Below, one piece after another: positions 62,701-64,000 of a DNA stretch of 64,000 nt. The DNA is from Eledone cirrhosa. Taxonomy: Eukaryota. The DNA lies in assembly GCA_964016885.1 (NCBI GenBank), contig OZ024740.1, positions 23,994,001-24,058,000 of the forward strand, written 5' to 3'. Below the pieces are notes generated by a model. It saw only the letters and a list, made by a program, of their open reading frames with translations, was not told where the DNA came from and ran no database searches. Positions within the stretch are counted from its first letter, which is position 1. Each line of letters starts with the position of its first letter. The translations under genes and the position numbers were made by a program.

Positions 62701-64000
62701 CCACTGTTGATGTTCCGTTTATGGTTTTTGTTGTTGTTGTTGTGGTGGTTGCCACTGTTGATGTTCCTTTTATGGTTGTTGTTGTTGTTGTTGTGGCGGT
62801 GGTTGTCACTGTTGATGTTCCGTTTATGGTTTTTGTTGTTGTTGTTGTGGTGGTTGCCACTGTTGATGTTCCTTTTATGGTTGTTGTTGTTGTTGTTGTT
62901 GTGGCGGTGGTTGTCACTGTTGATGTTCCTTTTATGGTTGTTGTTGTTGTTGTTGTTGTGGCGGTGGTTGCCACTGTTGATGTTCCTTTTATGGTTGTTG
63001 TTGTTGTTGTTGTGGCGGTGGTTGCCACTGTTGATGTTCCTTTTATGGTTGTTGTTGTTGTTGTTGTTGTGGCGGTGGTTGTCACTGTTGATGTTCCTTT
63101 TATGGTTGTTGTTGTTGTTGTTGTGGCGGTGGTTGCCACTGTTGATGTTCCTTTTATGGTTGTTGTTGTTGTTGTTGTTGTGGCGGTGGTTGCCACTGTT
63201 GATGTTCCTTTTATGGTTGTTGTTGTTGTTGTTGTGGCGGTGGTTGTCACTGTTGATGTTCCTTTTATGGTTGTTGTTGTTGTTGTTGTGGCGGTGGTTG
63301 TCACTGTTGATGTTCCTTTTATGGTTGTTGTTGTTGTTGTTGTGGCGGTGGTTGTCACTGTTGATGTTCCTTTAATGGTTGTTGTTGTTGTTGTTGTGGC
63401 GGTGGTTGTCACTGTTGATGTTCCTTTTATGGTTGTTGTTGTTGTTGTTGTGGCGGTGGTTGAAACTGTTGATGTTCCTTTTATGGTTGTTGTTGTTGTT
63501 GTGGCGGTGTATGCCACTGTTGATGTTCCTTTCATGGTTTTTGTTGTTGTTGTTGTGGCGGTGGTTGCCACTGTTGATGTTCCTTTTATGGTTGTTGTTG
63601 TTGTTGTTGTTGTGGCGGTGGTTGCCACTGTTGATGTTCCTTTTATGGTTGTTGTTGTTGTTGTGGCGGTGGTTGTCACTGTTGATGTTCCTTTAATGGT
63701 TGTTGTTGTTGTTGTTGTGGCGGTGGTTGTCACTGTTGATGTTCCTTTAATGGTTGTTGTTGTTGTTGTTGTGGCGGTGGTTGTCACTGTTGATGTTCCT
63801 TTTATGGTTGTTGTTGTTGTTGTTGTGGCGGTGGTTGTCACTGTTGATGTTCCTTTTATGGTTTTTGTTGTTGTTGTTGTGGTGGTGGTTGCCACTGTTG
63901 ATGTTCCTTTTATGGTTGTTGTTGTTGTTGTTGTTGTGGCGGTGGTTGCCACTGTTGATGTTCCTTTTATGGTTGTTGTTGTTGTTGTTGTTGTGGCGGT
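48835..64000. repeat. Large minisatellite GTGGCGGTGGTTG(C/T)CACTGTTGATGTTCCTTTTATG(GTT)n; minus frame (T)nIKGTSTVATTA, mucin-like
   Basis: >15 kb and running off the window; unit ~45-66 bp, varying by triplets; the Thr frame is interrupted by TAA at 53072, 54791, 57008, 61271 and 62333. Confidence 0.97.

Noticed and set aside
48829-63696. Leu/Trp-rich (and Val-rich) + strand ORFs up to 1441 aa
   Set aside because: G/T-rich triplet repeats lack stops by composition; the implied proteins are implausible.

Overview
This is AT-rich, microsatellite-saturated animal DNA. The SINE types, (TA)n density and Penelope content suggest an octopus or other coleoid cephalopod (inference from recognition, not a database hit). 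No intact protein-coding gene could be supported, and most long ORFs in the track come from simple repeats. About 22 kb (11474-33393) is a 38-bp satellite with two main unit types and higher-order duplications. About 15 kb (48.8 kb to the window end) is a (GTT)n-containing minisatellite that reads as a Thr-rich mucin-like repeat but carries recurrent stops. The rest holds tRNA-derived SINEs, an RTE LINE fragment, an hAT-type MITE, a 200-N gap and a decayed Penelope-like retroelement (RT + GIY-YIG). The most notable signal is a set of short, mutually dissimilar cassettes inserted in (TA)n, at 3.3-3.8 kb and clustered at 42.7-46.9 kb. Each carries a type I hammerhead ribozyme motif, typically with a palindromic stem III. 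Four cassettes have fold-back inversions, two of them breaking inside the ribozyme. Four of the motifs share a non-canonical U.U pair at the base of stem II.
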